Below, in pieces: positions 1 through 13,164 of a stretch of DNA of 64,000 bases (position 1 is the first letter of the stretch; the number at the start of each line of letters is the position of its first letter). The DNA comes from Yuukianura sp. NJ FZ-2021 (lineage: Eukaryota). The notes under the pieces are model-generated. The model saw nothing but the letters and a program-made list of their open reading frames with translations, was not told the DNA's origin and did not search any database. Location: positions 1,612,001 through 1,676,000 of the forward strand of contig CM102290.1 in NCBI GenBank assembly GCA_046563655.1. The letters are read 5' to 3'. The translations under genes and the position numbers were made by a program.

Positions 1-916
1 ACCACAGAGATACAGAAACAGAAGAGTCAAGGACAACGGAATTGGCACACCACTGGAAACTCTTCGCTAAAATTTCAAAATTCTTTTCAAAAGAGTATTT
101 TTCAAAAAAAGTAAAATTTCCAAGCTGTTTTTTTAAAATTACAGTAAGTTTGGCGTAGCTGTGGCGCGTAAGTCTTGAAAAAAAGTCTCCGACGGTAGCC
201 AAGTAGCAAAGGGTGAGAGGGATGCCGACGCATGCGTAAAAAACTGTTAGGATTCGCCCAGGCAGAGACTTTGGACTCACAGTACCATAACCTGAAATTT
301 CAAAAAAAAAAACAAAAAAAAAAAAACAGTTTTCAAAAAAAAATTTCAAAATTTTACGCTAGAGATCACTTACCTATAGTTGTGATTAAAGTCAAACAGT
401 AGAGAATCGTTGCAGGAAAACTTGTAAATGAAGTGTCATCACATGGAATGACATTTGGACTGGATTTACGCTGACTCCCGAAGTACTCCGACACGAAAAC
501 GTATTTCATAATTTCATCTTGAAATTTTTGTAACTCCACTTCCGCTACTTGTGACCAGTTCGACTCATAAAACACATTCAGTTCCACCGTCAGCGTCCTG
601 AAATTCAGAAATCAGCTAAAACTGAAAACTCAAAATTTATGAAATGAATAATTTTTTTTATTATCAAAAAACTTTACCAGAGGCGCTGAACCGTTGCATT
701 TCGAAGCAAGTCCAGGTCAATGTCCTCCTGACTCGGTTTGGTTATGGGCTCTTCTTCGACATGATGACTCTCAATAAAGAAAAACGCAACGGCTCCACAA
801 ACAATATAAACAATCACCATGATACATACTGACAGGATGGACAGGCAACAGTTTCTTGGCGCCTCTGGACCGCCGCCGCGGCTCTTCTGACCACCGTCAG
901 CTCTTGGCGGGACCAT
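1..916 (-). CDS. Two-pore-domain potassium channel (K2P/TWIK-like), 5' part; spliced, continues beyond the window start
   Basis: ATG at 916; TM1 (LSILSVCIMVIVYIVCGAVAFFFIE), cap region, and P1 loop FTSFPATILYCLTLITTI|GYGTVSPKSLPGRILTVFYACVGIPL split by GT-AG introns (exons approx. 916-678, 598-373, 291-144, <70). Confidence 0.9.
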
Positions 917-1677
917 TTGAATTAGTTGACCTCTACCTTGTTTCAGTTCCCCCTAACTCCTGACCTCTGCTGTCACCCATAACCTTAACTTTCTCCAACA
1001 CTAACCCTAATGTTTCTAAATGTTACACCTTGCCCAAGATCCACTTCCTTCTTTTCTAAAGTATGTCTTTGGAGTACACAAAAAGGCAGGAGAAAATCGA
1101 CAGGCTGTGGGATGAAATGCGCTACGCACTGCTTTTCCCATGAAAATCGATTTGGAGTCTGCTGCTGGGGTACTTTTGGCCAAATTAAAAAGAAAGTGAA
1201 GAGAAAGGACACTTAATCCTTCACTTTCCGCGTCCGCAGCTTCCAAGCACAAGAGTGAAAGTGAAAACAGCCTCTCCTCTGAGCACAAATATTTTCAAGC
1301 CGAGATTCCCATGAGCAAGAATAGGCAAAAAAGATATGAACTGGAGACGTCTAAATCCACAAACTGACCAGGGTTACACAATTCCCGGGCTTTTTTGAAT
1401 TATTTTTTGTCTTTTCTTGGCCAAATTCTTTCTTCTTTCTTCCTTCCCAATTTTGGGTATGGGTTTAAAAAATTTCAGTTTTTTGGACTTTAGCTTTCCA
1501 TTTTTTGTAAAGAGTAATATTTCCTAATACTTGGAAACTAGTTTGAGGATGAGCAATTTATTAATGTTAGACTTACGTTAATATCATATCCTTGGACAGG
1601 GCCTTTGGTCTTAACATTTAGAAACACACTGGGTGGATATGACTTACTTTAAGTAATGTTAGTGTTAAGGGCCCCCT

Positions 1678-4418
1678 TCACCTGACCCCTTCCTCCTTGA
1701 GTATTCCTATTCTAGAGGCAATTCGTTTAACAGAGGCAATGACTTCTTGTTGACCGAGATTGAAGCACATGGCAATGAGAGCCATTCCGAGGAGCAGGTA
1801 CACGGAACAGAAAATGAAGGGAACCTGGATAGCATCTCGTAAGTTACTCACATCCACCGAGGTTCCTGGAACCAAGTCACCGAATCCAATCGTACTCAAA
1901 CTACAAAACACCAAAACCAATATTCATAAATTCAAATTCATGTCAACACTTTATCTCTAAACGAGAAACAGAAGCCATGGACACTTTCCGGTTCCATGCC
2001 ATTTCGTCGAATGAATTATTGCGAATGAATTACTTCGAAAGTCAGCTTACTTGAAAGTAGTTGCTAAGCAATCTAACTTTAATCATTTCGAGGTTAATCA
2101 TACCTAACCTAATAATATTTAGCCTAACCAAACCTAACTTTCTGATTTCTGGCATAACATAACCTAGTTTTGTTTTAAAATAACTTTTCGCAGGAATTTA
2201 CTTTTCGAAGAAATTCTACTCTCGAATTCGAAAGTATCGAATTACTTGAAAAAGTAAATTACTATGAATGAATTATTTAAGTAATTCATTTGTAGTAATT
2301 CCTTTCGTAGTAATTCATTCGACGAAATGGCGTACTACCAGACTATCCTTGCTTATTTCTAACCTGATGAAGCAGAAATACGACGCATCCAGAACCGTCC
2401 AACCCTCTGTCGTGGCAAACCAAATTCCGCCGCCCCAAATATAAGCGACCATGAGGACGAGGCAGACGGAAATGGGCACAGTGACCTGCTCCTCTTCTGG
2501 AATCATTTCAAAAGTATTGGAACCCTCATCATCGCTCTCTCTGGAATTTCTAGCACAATTCCACCTAAAACGAAACCAAAAAGTACAAAATTTAAAAAAA
2601 AAAACTGGGAAAAAAACTTAGAAATGTCAAAAATTCGGAAGTATCGGACCTGCATTGACAGAATTTGGAATAAATGAACTTGAATCCGCGTGCCAAGATG
2701 TCTCCAATATTGGAAAGGTAAAGGAGAAACAAGGGCATTCCCACGATTCCGTAGATGATTGTCGTCACTTTTCCCGGGGTTGTCTTTGGAGCAACATTTC
2801 CATACCCTAAAAACACAAAATAACAATTTGTAATTAGCAGGGATGTCAAACATATTTAGTCTCCATTCCCGTAATGTTAATAAAAAAAAATATTTGCGGG
2901 ATTTTCGTTGCTAAATATTAATTTATTTTCGCCTGCCCTTAATATTAAATAAGTAAATATTTGAACGATTTAAAAAAATATTTTTTAGTCAGTAATTTTG
3001 GGGTTTTTAGCACATATTTTTGACAACCCTGGTAATTAGCCTCAGTTTCAAAACCTGTACTTTTTTTTTTAAAAAGTCATTAGATTTTTTTGAATTTTGA
3101 AATTTGGCTCCGAAAGTTGACAGTGACTTACCAATGGTAGTGATGACAGTGAGTGAGTAGAGGAATGCACCTGAGAAGCCCCATTGAATACTGTTAGGTG
3201 TTTTGGAATGCGTACTATTCGTATTGCTAGTAACTGGAATATCGTAGCCGTTCATCACGGCAGTCACAACTATGGCAGTGTAGTTAAAGATTGCCAGATC
3301 AGTTTCCGCAAGATATTCGGTCTGCAATTTCAAAAAATACTCAAAATTTAAGAGACTTTTTACTCTGCCAATGTCAAATTCATCACTCCAAAACTGAAAC
3401 ATTTTTGAAAAGTTCGAAAGGTCAAAATTTCTCAAGTCGAGACATTTTGGCCTCCAGAAAGAAACAATGGCGACACGGAATGAGTTTTTGGCTTCCAACT
3501 TTTTTTGAAATCTAAATCCTGGTCTTATGACTCTTGTTCTAAATGGTTTTTTAAAACAAAAGAAAGAGTTGATGTGGCGGTGGTAAGGAGAAAATCAAGA
3601 GAAAGGAAAAACATTTGGCAATTAGACGGACAACTTTTTTTTTAAAAAAGATTTTCTTCTTCGTTTTACAAACACAGTAGACATGCGTCGAAGCATTAAA
3701 AAAAAAGTCCTCTGCGTCTTTCATTCGTTCAAAAACCATTATTCTCTTTTTCGAACTTTTTTTAAGAAAAACAAAACAAAAGTTTTGAATTTGAACGAAC
3801 CTTGTTTATTTGTAATTTGAGCATTATGTCAAGCAGTCTTTCGGCAGTCTCATTTCTTGATTTTACGACTTCTTCTTCTGCCTGCTGCACTTCAGGAGAA
3901 TCACTTTCGATGTATCTAAAAAACACAAAAGAAAATGAGAGTAACAAAGTCATTTTTCAAAGAGGCGACGACGGTTTCAGCGACAAGCGTCGTTTCAACA
4001 CTCGTCCAACAACTTGGACCGAACCGGTGTTGCTCAATGGATAAAACATTTCATCCACTCTTGGAAGTTGTGGATATATCCGGCTTTTATTGGATTCATC
4101 CGGACAAAGCTTAATTTAATCCATCAGCCGATGGATTTTATCCGGATTTATCCATTTATCAGCTGGACAAAATCCTAAATAAGGTGTAATATCAAGCAAG
4201 ACTGGATCTAACCAAGAAGTATAAATTGTATTAAATTCTATTAAAATATAAAATATGTTTAAATTAACTAAATCTTACTGGAACAGAAAAGCACCGAAGA
4301 TAATGTATCCAATCACGAGGACGCAGACCCCAACATGAGAAAATGTGAAAGCGATGAGGAGACGACAGGCTTTTTTAATCTGCGGTATTATCCCTCGTCT
4401 GTACTCCAAATCACTCAT
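1678..4418 (-). CDS. Two-pore-domain potassium channel (K2P/TWIK-like), complete, about 7 exons
   Basis: MSDLEYRRG...FTFSHVGVCVLVIGYIIFGAFLFQ; P1 WGFSGAFLYSLTVITTI|GYGNVAPKT; TM3 VPISVCLVLMVAYIWGG; WTVLDASYFCFI|SLSTIGFGDLVPG (P2); TM4; stop at 1678. Confidence 0.93.
1990..2339. mobile_element. Intronic MITE with GG termini, about 30-bp TIRs and internal CCTAA-like repeats
   Basis: GCCATTTCGTCGAATGAATTA (1998) is inverted at 2311-2331; flanks ACACTTTCC / AGACTATCC (7/9 match) suggest a 9-bp TSD. Confidence 0.7.
4016..4212. mobile_element. Degenerate intronic MITE-like inverted repeat with internal ATCC/GGAT repeats
   Basis: Imperfect inverted ends (GAACCGGTGTTGCTCAA ... TCAAGCAAGACTGGATC) and dense TCCGGA/ATCCA motifs; no clear TSD. 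Confidence 0.4.
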
Positions 4419-5529
4419 CTGTCACACTTACTGCGCAGACTCACAGTGCTTTTCAAGCGCCCTTGGTCACACCACCCTCACTTATCCGTCCATGTCACTT
4501 TGGTGTCCGTTCAAAGACACAAAAGCAACACTGTTCGAGGTCCAACAGGCTGACTCTGACTTCAAGTCAACCATCAAGTTCATCGAATCCGCAAACATTC
4601 GACCTGCCGTCGGAGTTTCGCGGTTTTCACGTCAAACGATCCCAGGATACAACGTTCACTACAAACAAAACCAAACAGTCAATCACCTTAACCCAATGTT
4701 CAGTTCATCACAACTATGCACCGAATCTAGGGCAGCGCTGAGCACTCACTCGAAGCGACACGACACGATACTGCCCAATCCAAGTTTAACACTGGACACT
4801 GAACTAGAACTGAACGTTAGACTTAAGCCTAAACCTTATTTGTTAACTGAGTTCACAGTTTGACTGAGAGATCTCGACTGGTCGCTCCACGGTCTATCAA
4901 GTCAAGAAAACGGGGTCAACTGGGCGGCGCGTTTAGTACCAAACCGGCCCTCCCAAAATACACTGCCGAGCTAAGCAATTAAAGATTCTTAAGATAATTG
5001 GAAATTGGTTGAGCAGAGCCGGAAATTAGTGAGGTGAAGCGAAGCAGTGGAGAGGCACAAGGAGCGAGCTGAGTGTTGGACGACGATACTGCTCAGACTC
5101 TGATCTTCCCACATCTTTTCCATTGAGAATCCAACAAGAGCGGGTTATAAATAGGTTCGGTGAAAAACCAACTAATGAACACCGTTTCTCTCTTCTTTTC
5201 TGCGAAGACCGAAATATAAATATCAACACAAGACTACTCTTCTACCACCACCATCCGACACGTGTAGTACCATCAACTTCCTCCCTAGTAAGCTGTCTGT
5301 CTGTCACAAAAGACCACAGTTGACCCACCTCTTCTCGTCACACTCCCGAAATGGCACAAACTTTAACTCGCCCTAAAATGTCTACAGCTTCCCAGGGAGA
5401 GTCTGCTCATGATACTACGGCTTACGAGCGGTGGTGGGATGTTAGGCGATCGGTATCATATTATCTATATTCAGGTTCAAATAAGTTAAAATCTGTGATT
5501 AATAAAAATTGTACATAGAGTTATAAGTG

Positions 5530-7233
5530 TTATTTGGCTTCCTGATCCGATTCAGTGTCCGAGGCCTCCTGTTCCAGTTGCTCAAACCCCTTGTGGTCGT
5601 CGTAATCAGGAACTGCGGGGATATCGTCATCTCGTGGCGCCAAAACAGCGTCATCTTCCACCATCGACCCTAACTCCCCCTCTCCTTCGAACTCTGGCGG
5701 AATGTTCTCTGCTTCTTCGTCGGCTTCTAAAGCATCCACTGCTGCGTCAGCAGCAACCAATTCTCCTTCAGTTTCTTTTGCAATACCATACTGAATGGTA
5801 AAGTCCACCGCCTTCTTTCCAGGGAATTGCTATTAAAAAGTCCGTGCTAGATTAATTGGTAACTGATTAATTAAACAGATGCTTTTAAAATCATGGCTCA
5901 CCTTTGTTACGAACTTGAGAATGGAGTATTTACTAAATTCCCTATCAGCTCTACCACCCCATGAATAGCGAACGGTAGGTGGATCGTTGTCCTTGTTTTC
6001 TTCCATCTCCAAGTACATCGTGGAGACGTACTCCTAAAAATGAAACGAATAAGGCATTCAACTTTTGGATTAAAAAGCACATCATTTGGGTTATTGAAAT
6101 TAGAAAGCTAACCTGTTTGAGAAACTTTCGTAAGTTCTCTTTCTTGTCACAGATTAGGGTGTTAAACTTGGTGTCCAGCATGATTTTCCAAATAAGATCT
6201 GAAAATAGATTTGTAACGTTAGGCTTTTATACAAATTTAAAGACAGAGCGGAAACACATGTTCACTCAGACTTAAACTACTTGAGTAAGAATACGAATTC
6301 GGAGTCTGGGTAAATAACTAAGGCACATGTTAGATTCACATCATCACATCTCGAACGTTCTGTCATCACTTGTGATTGATTTGGCTTACTCTTTAGTAAT
6401 TAGAAAGGTTTATCTCACTTACCTTCGTCAACGCTGCGATTGAGCATAAAGATCACACTTAGAATCAGGAAAAGTATACTGCGTCGAGTATCAACGTCGT
6501 GATCACGAGGTGTCACCATGTCGCATACGCTTAGATTATAATTGCTCGCTAAAACGTAGTTAGAGAATAACCCACTCTTCTGTGTTTCTCCAACGCCGAG
6601 GACTTTCATTCCGAACACCTTTGAAATGACGAAGAATCGATTCAGTATATCATTTTAGAAGAAAAACCTTATGAATCAATTTGTTTATGGATGAGCAGGA
6701 TTGAAATACCTGGTTTAACGTCGTCGACAGATCTTTGAACACTTCCTCAAACTCTCGGGCTTGTCCGTTCATTGCAAACTTGATTATGTCCGATTTCTTC
6801 GCCGGAATCTTCTTATGTTGCAAAAGCAACAGGTACAACAGTGTATTCTTCAGCATTTCTTCGTGTGTAAATACAACTCCAAGGTCGCTCATTCCAGCTA
6901 TTGTAAACTTTTTTGGTTTCCTCGCTGTTCCGGTGCCACCACGTCCACCAGTCTTTTTAGACGGTCCGTTGTCCTTTGAAAACAATAAAAAAAAATAGGG
7001 ATAAGACCATTCCAGTACTTACGACGAAAGTGGCCACTCACTTCGTATTCTTCTTCTTCAGAGTCATAGCGTTTACGTCCAGAACTCGTACTTTGGGTTT
7101 CCTCATCATCCATATCCACTGTATCCATTGGCGGCTCCTCTTCTTCAGCTTCTTCTTCTTGGTCTGCTCGCACTGCTTGAACTGCCAAACGGGCGGATCT
7201 TCTTGACGTACCATCTCCAGTATTTGTCGCCAT
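5530..7233 (-). CDS. NSMCE3: MAGE-domain protein, probable SMC5/6 subunit NSE3 (spliced)
   Basis: LLYLLLLQHKKIPAKKSDIIK...FEEVFKDLSTTLNQ|VFGMKV; ILFLILSVIFMLNRSVDE; YLEMEENKDNDPPTVRYSWGGRADREFSKYSILKFV match the MAGE winged-helix A/B; acidic N- and C-terminal tails. Confidence 0.88.
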
Positions 7234-7619
7234 ACCTTTCCCAGTAATCCGCATCTGAAGAATCAAAAAATGTTTGTCGCTTGAATTGCCATGTCCATCA
7301 CAACAATTACATTGGATTTAGTACACTTACGTTCAGATCTCAAAACAATCGTTGTCGTCTACGTTTCGTGGCCAATTAGTGGCGTCTCGTCCTTTTCTTT
7401 TCGCTCTTAATTTGATTCGATGCAAAGGCTATAAAAAATCGGAGATGAAGGGTATTGTAATCTGAGGGCTAAAACCTGTAGTGCAGTTGCAATCGGAGAT
7501 TGCTAATTAATCAATTAACAATTATAAAAAGTCTAAAGAAAGAGTTCCTAAATTGAAGGAACAGAACAATGGAAATGGATATTTACTAAAAACAAATGGC
7601 ATAAACAAATCCACATTCC

Positions 7620-7880
7620 GGTTGGCGTTAAGGTTGAAGAACAGTCATTGTAACCGCGCATTGTGCCCACTGCTCTCTTCTGCTACAGTGGATGGCTGCA
7701 ATGTGCGGAAACTTGGTTGCCATTTAGGAGAGATTACATTCGGTAAAAGTGGCTGCAAAGGTTGCCACCTAGGTGTAGCCACAAAGGATGGCCAAACAAC
7801 GTGGTGGCTGTGGCTACGCTGCGCGGCTACACTGCTGGTCGTAATCTGTACGTCATCCGACCCTTCGATCTTGCTCTAAC
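7620..7880. mobile_element. Copy of the GTGGCTAC-rich MITE family (others at 19436 and 63411)
   Basis: Starts GGTTGGCGTTAAGGTTGAAGAACAGTCATTGTAACC, similar to the ends of the other two copies; internal GTGGCTAC/GTAGCCAC motifs. Confidence 0.55.
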
Positions 7881-8132
7881 AGCAATTTCACCCTCCTCAA
7901 CACTGGGCACCCGAATTATACATAGCACGTCTACAGAATTATGAAAAACGACGATTTAGCTCAAAGAATATATCAATTAATTGTCAATTAATAATTATTG
8001 TGTATACGGTAGTTATCTTTAATGTAGAATAAACGTTATTAAATGTAGATAAGAAAGTGGGATATAAAATAACACGTTAGTCTAGTTGAATAAATTACGA
8101 AGACAATGACAAGAATTCATTTAATTAATGTG

Positions 8133-10750
8133 TCAACCCTCCGTCTCCATCGGCGTCGTTTCCAGGATATCTTGAACTTGTTCAACGTCAATTTCATTTT
8201 CATCGATAACCTCAAGTTCCAAGTCACCATTTGCCACATCTTGTTCCTTCACACCAACATCCGTAATTACGAATTTGTGACATCCGAACTGCAATTTATC
8301 TCCTTTCTTCAGAACAGCACTACCCTCCCAGCAGGACACGGGATGTTCAATTTCTGCTAAGCATGCACAGTTGTTTTCCTTCTATAACAAAACAAACTAA
8401 TGTAGAAATCATAACACTGGCTGATTAATTAACAATGTTTGTAATTAGTACCTTTGCACGAGTGGACTGGAATGTATCCTTGAGTTCCAAGAGTTTCGAT
8501 CGCCTATTATCCACAATCTTTTTGAAAGCCTTCAAAGTCTCATCCCTTGGAGCTCCACTGTTGTAAACACTCGTGTCGCACCCATACAGGATTCCATTGA
8601 CAATAGACCCTCGATCACCGTAGTTGAGCATTTCCCAGTGACAGTTGATTGAGTTGTAGTAAATAACGGCTTGACGTCGAGATGTAGTCGTACAGTGGCC
8701 AAGGGTAGCTAAATCCAGTGTTGCAGTACCCCCCGTTCCAACTTCAATTGAGCGTCGATGAAATTCCAGCAGTTGACCAGCATTCAAATACACCAGGGCA
8801 AGCGTAGGCTCGAGTCGCTTTTTCTTTGGAAGTGGCTCAGGGTCACCCTCAGTGACGATTGATTTGGAAAGCTGTTTCTGAATCTGATTAGCCATGTCTA
8901 CCTGCATTTGATGCTTGATTGTGATGTTTCCGTTGTCGGCCAGTTTACAGACTGCCAACAACTTGAGCAAATGGGGATTAATTCCTTCGAGATACTTGTC
9001 AAGGGAGTGCTCTTCCGTGAGATCAGCTGCCTGGAGAAGCAGGTCAACTCCTTTTGTATTTTCCCCGCCTTCAGTTTTGGCGCCCAATGTCTTCACTGGA
9101 AGGTTTGCCATCTATGACCAATATAAAAAGTTTCTCAATTGTTAGTTCTTCGAACAGTATCCAACCAAATGCTTATAAATGAACCTAAGATGTTAAGTTT
9201 AGGGCTGCGCTTACCTCTGTCTTATCATTGTCATTTAGTGCTGAGGCTGATGTTGACTCTGGAACACTGTGCTTGCGCTTGAGTCCTTTAGAAGTGCTTG
9301 GTTCATTTTGATTTTCTAATCGTTTGGATTGATTACTCTGGTTGTTACGGAACTTCTCGTAAATTTCATCTATGATTGGTAGAGCCTGTCAAAGTAAAAT
9401 CAAGATTCTTCATCGAATATTAGTTACACTTATTTGAATTATTAAATACCACATTACAACTTAAAAAAACGTACATTAACTTTTGGTTTGTCTGGCAGCC
9501 GAGGCAGATTGTCCTTCTTTGGTATTTTACAGTGAACAGCAGTAGCGAAATTGACCAAGGCAGTAAATGTTGGTGAGACCTTGGTGTCAACCAAATCCCA
9601 GATACGCATTCGTTCCGAAAGGACGGATGAGGACAAGTACTTTGACTCCATCAGTGGCTGTGGATGGAGAGGACATATCCAGTAAACACTAGGAATGCTG
9701 TTCAACGGTGGATCTAAACAGTCCAGATGAAAATGAGCAGGGCAGTAATCACATTTCAAAAGAACTCCCTTCCTTTTGGATCTATCAGAAAATACAGAAA
9801 GTAAATTAAGCTTTATACTATTAAGGTAAAATAAAAATAAAAACGTAAATGTGTGGAACTGACTTTCCGCATAGGTAGCAGACAATCGTTTTCGGAGGCA
9901 AGGGCTTCGGAGCTGGCTGGATTGAAAAACTCCCTGTCGAGTTTTTCTTCGTCTTAGCCTTTTTAGTAACGGATGGCAACGGCTTGCTGTAACCTGTAAG
10001 TAAGTATCGATTAAAATGGTAAGCTTATTAATTATTAAATCAGTATAAGTCAAAGTCAAGACTTGATATTTACCTGGAAGCTTTGGTTCGTAGGCAGGAA
10101 TCGTAGTCGGCAGTGTGAACATTTTCGGATTCTGTCTTCTAAAGCGGTCTCCCTGCCTTTTGAAAAACCCGAAAAGCTGTCTGGTTTCCAGCTCGGGCTT
10201 TTCAATTTCAGCGAAGTATTTCTCCGTCTTAGGTAAAATACCCTTTGCATTAGTACGGCTCTGTATCAACGAAAACAAACATTATTAATGTTAATTGTTT
10301 GTTAACTCCAAATATTGATTAGGAACTTGGATTTTCTATAATAGTTTATTACCTTTTGCATCGAACATGCTCGACACTTCCATCCTCCATTTGGTAATTG
10401 CTCCTCTTTTAGAGGTGGGTCAAGACAAACCAAATGAAAAGAGGCAGGACAAGAGTCGCAGCAGATGATTCCACCAGTGTCACCGCAAGCATCACAATTA
10501 TCTCGGTTGTGGCCCTTCCCAGGCTTTTTGTAATAGCGGTGTTTAGATGCCTTGGCTTTCTCCTTCTTCTTAACAACAGCATCCGGATCCCCAACGAGTT
10601 CCTTTATTTTCTATAAGTAAAAGAGTTAATAAAATCACACAGTGACCAATGAGAAATAAGATTCATAAATTCAACACTTACAAGTGTAATTTCACCAGGA
10701 GCAAATGTGCCTGACAGCGCTGACGCCGCTGAGTTATTAGTTGTCCTCAT
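8133..10750 (-). CDS. PHF12: PHD finger protein 12-like (two PHD fingers plus C-terminal FHA-like domain)
   Basis: YYKKPGKGHNRDNCDACGDTGGIICCDSCPASFHLVCLDPPL (PHD1); LLKCDYCPAHFHLDCLDPPLNSIPSVYWICPLH (PHD2); IEVGTGG...LGHCTTTSRRQAVIYY...WEMLNYGDRGSIVNGILY and WEGSAVLKKGDKLQFGCHKFV (FHA). Confidence 0.93.
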
Positions 10751-12030
10751 CGTCTGTCAGAAATTAGTGATCCTTTCAGCACAATTCGGAATGGGAGTAG
10801 GTAACGGTTGGTCACTAAGAAGTAATATGTAGTTAGTAGTGGTCAGATTGTTAAAGTCGGAATGGAATTGCGTCCTAACAACAGCTGTGCTGCACGAAGA
10901 CGAAATAGAGAATGTCCTTAGCGAAACCGATAGAGACGGATCTCCTACTTCAAATTCAACGACAGCATCATTGAGTCGACGTTCGTAAGTTGTTCCGTTC
11001 CATTCCAGTTCCAGTACCCAGTTAGTATTACGATGAATAGTCCGTTCCAATTTCTAAACCACTAGAATACTGGATAAGATACTAAATAAAATAAGTACTG
11101 CTGATACTACATCGATCGATAAAGTCCGCTTCCGCTCCCACGTCTCCGCTCTTTTGAAAAGCACTGAGAGCGGCGCTCCCTGTTCCAAAGGTGAGATCGG
11201 AGATCGGGGATTGCAAGAGCGGAGAGCGGGGATAGGAGAAGTGCCGAGCTATGGTATGACCTTAATGGATGCTTAAGGTTTGGCCCAACGCCGCGTAATA
11301 AAAGGTAATAAAATTAAAATTTCAATTGGCGCTTTCCGAATGCTAACGCTATGCTTCCGAAATCATCACATGCCCTGTAAAACCTTTCGTAAAAATAGTA
11401 AGCCACTAAACTCTGCAGTTGAATACAAACAAAGGGTTAAACATAAATTGAAGTAATTGGTAATGATAATCATTTTAAATACATGTTCCATTAAGTCAAA
11501 TACTTTCTTAATACTGTTCGGTTCGGTTGTAGAACTTTTCAGGAGCATAGTGCAGCTCAAAGTTCGCCGAACCGATTATTTACATTTATGCATATGTTAA
11601 TTAAGAGCGGGAGAAAGATGGTTTTTCTTTTATTCAAAACTACGCGCCGAGAAATTGTGAAGCACAAATCAGAAGAATGATTTCAATTTATCAATTTTTT
11701 TTCATAAACAAAGTAATCTATTGTACTACTAATGAGCACTGCTAATTCCGCGAATGCATAGCAACCGATAGTTTGTTGATTTCGAATTCGGTGCCCGCAT
11801 AGTTACGAGAGAATTTGTTTACAATGATAATTTTTGACACAAAAACACAAACCAAAAAAAAATCAAACTTTTTCAATTTTGTTTCCGAACACACTGTACA
11901 GGATGTCGTCCTCAAAAACTAATAAGAATAACCAGGAACTTTCTTTCAAAAAATCGTACGTCTATCAATTATAAATACTAATTAGCACTGGTAATTCCAA
12001 GAATCCATATAAACCGACTGGTTTGTTTAT

Positions 12031-12165
12031 TTTCACTGTGAACGAGACCTTGCTAAGTCCCTTTAGCATAAAAATTTTCACTGAGAACCAGACCTTGCTA
12101 AGTCCCTTGAACATAAAAATTTTCATTGTGAATCAGACCTTGCTAAGTCCCTTGAGCATAAAAAT
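12031..12165. repeat. About 3 copies of a ~45-bp tandem repeat (TTTTCACTGTGAACCAGACCTTGCTAAGTCCCTTGAGCATAAAAAT)
   Basis: Read directly; abuts the 59-bp satellite array. Confidence 0.9.
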
Positions 12166-12712
12166 GTTATTTAAAAAGAGTGATTTTCCTACTAAATTTT
12201 TAACTTTTTGGAATTTGGAATTATGTTGATTAAAAAGAGTGATTTTCCTACTAAACTTTTAACTTTTTGGAATTTGGAATTATGTTGATTAAAAAGAGTG
12301 ATTTTCCTACTAAACTTTTAACTTTTTGGAATTTGGAATTATGTTGATTAAAAAGAGTGATTTTCCTACTAAACTTTTAACTTTTTGGAATTTGGAATTA
12401 TGTTGATTAAAAAGAGTGATTTTCCTACTAAACTTTTAACTTTTTGGAATTTGGAATTATGTTGATTAAAAAGAGTGATTTTCCTACTAAACTTTTAACT
12501 TTTTGGAATTTGGAATTATGTTGATTAAAAAGAGTGATTTTCCTACTAAACTTTTAACTTTTTGGAATTTGGAATTATGTTGATTAAAAAGAGTGATTTT
12601 CCTACTAAACTTTTAACTTTTTGGAATTTGGAATTATGTTGATTAAAAAGAGTGATTTTCCTACTAAACTTTTAACGTTTTGGAATTTGGAATTATGTTA
12701 TTTAAAACGAGT
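12164..12712. repeat. 59-bp AT-rich tandem satellite, about 9 near-identical copies (array 1)
   Basis: Unit GATTAAAAAGAGTGATTTTCCTACTAAACTTTTAACTTTTTGGAATTTGGAATTATGTT, head to tail with no spacers. Confidence 0.97.
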
Positions 12713-13164
12713 AAAATACTTTTTAGTACAAAAATAATTTTTTTTTCAAAACTTTTTTTTTTTTTTTTGTAAACTTTTTTTTTTATTTTAAGGAGAAAAA
12801 TTTTTAATTATAAGATAAAAATAATATTTAGTGAAAGGCGTTATTGCCCCTCCATACAATACGCATATGCATAAATGCATATCGCATAACGACGTAGGCG
12901 TTGAAATCCTCTAGTATATCCTTTTAGTGAAAAAAATCATACAGAATAAACTAATTACATAACTCTATTTACCTAAAGAAACCTTCCTATAAATACAAAG
13001 AATCCTAAAGTCAAAGTGGGCTCATTGAAACAAGAACTTCTTGGGTGGGGAAAGGGTGACAACCGATGTTGCATAATACGCGGACGGCACTTAGCGTCCC
13101 TCCGACTGTCACTGACGTTCGTTTGCTGGAGCGGTATTAAATAAAAAGGGCCTCAGTAATATTA

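Larger units (their letters stand above)
11290..12914 (+). mobile_element. Probable non-autonomous Helitron carrying the tandem arrays; 5' boundary uncertain
   Basis: 3' signature: imperfect hairpin AACGACGTAGGCGTT (12888-12902), then 8 nt, then CTAG (12911-12914) followed by T. Confidence 0.5.

Noticed and set aside
4345..4863. 172-aa plus-strand ORF
   Set aside because: Antisense to the K2P first exon and 5' region, with no recognisable domain
12023..12229. Repetitive 68-aa ORF
   Set aside because: A by-product of the 45-bp tandem repeat
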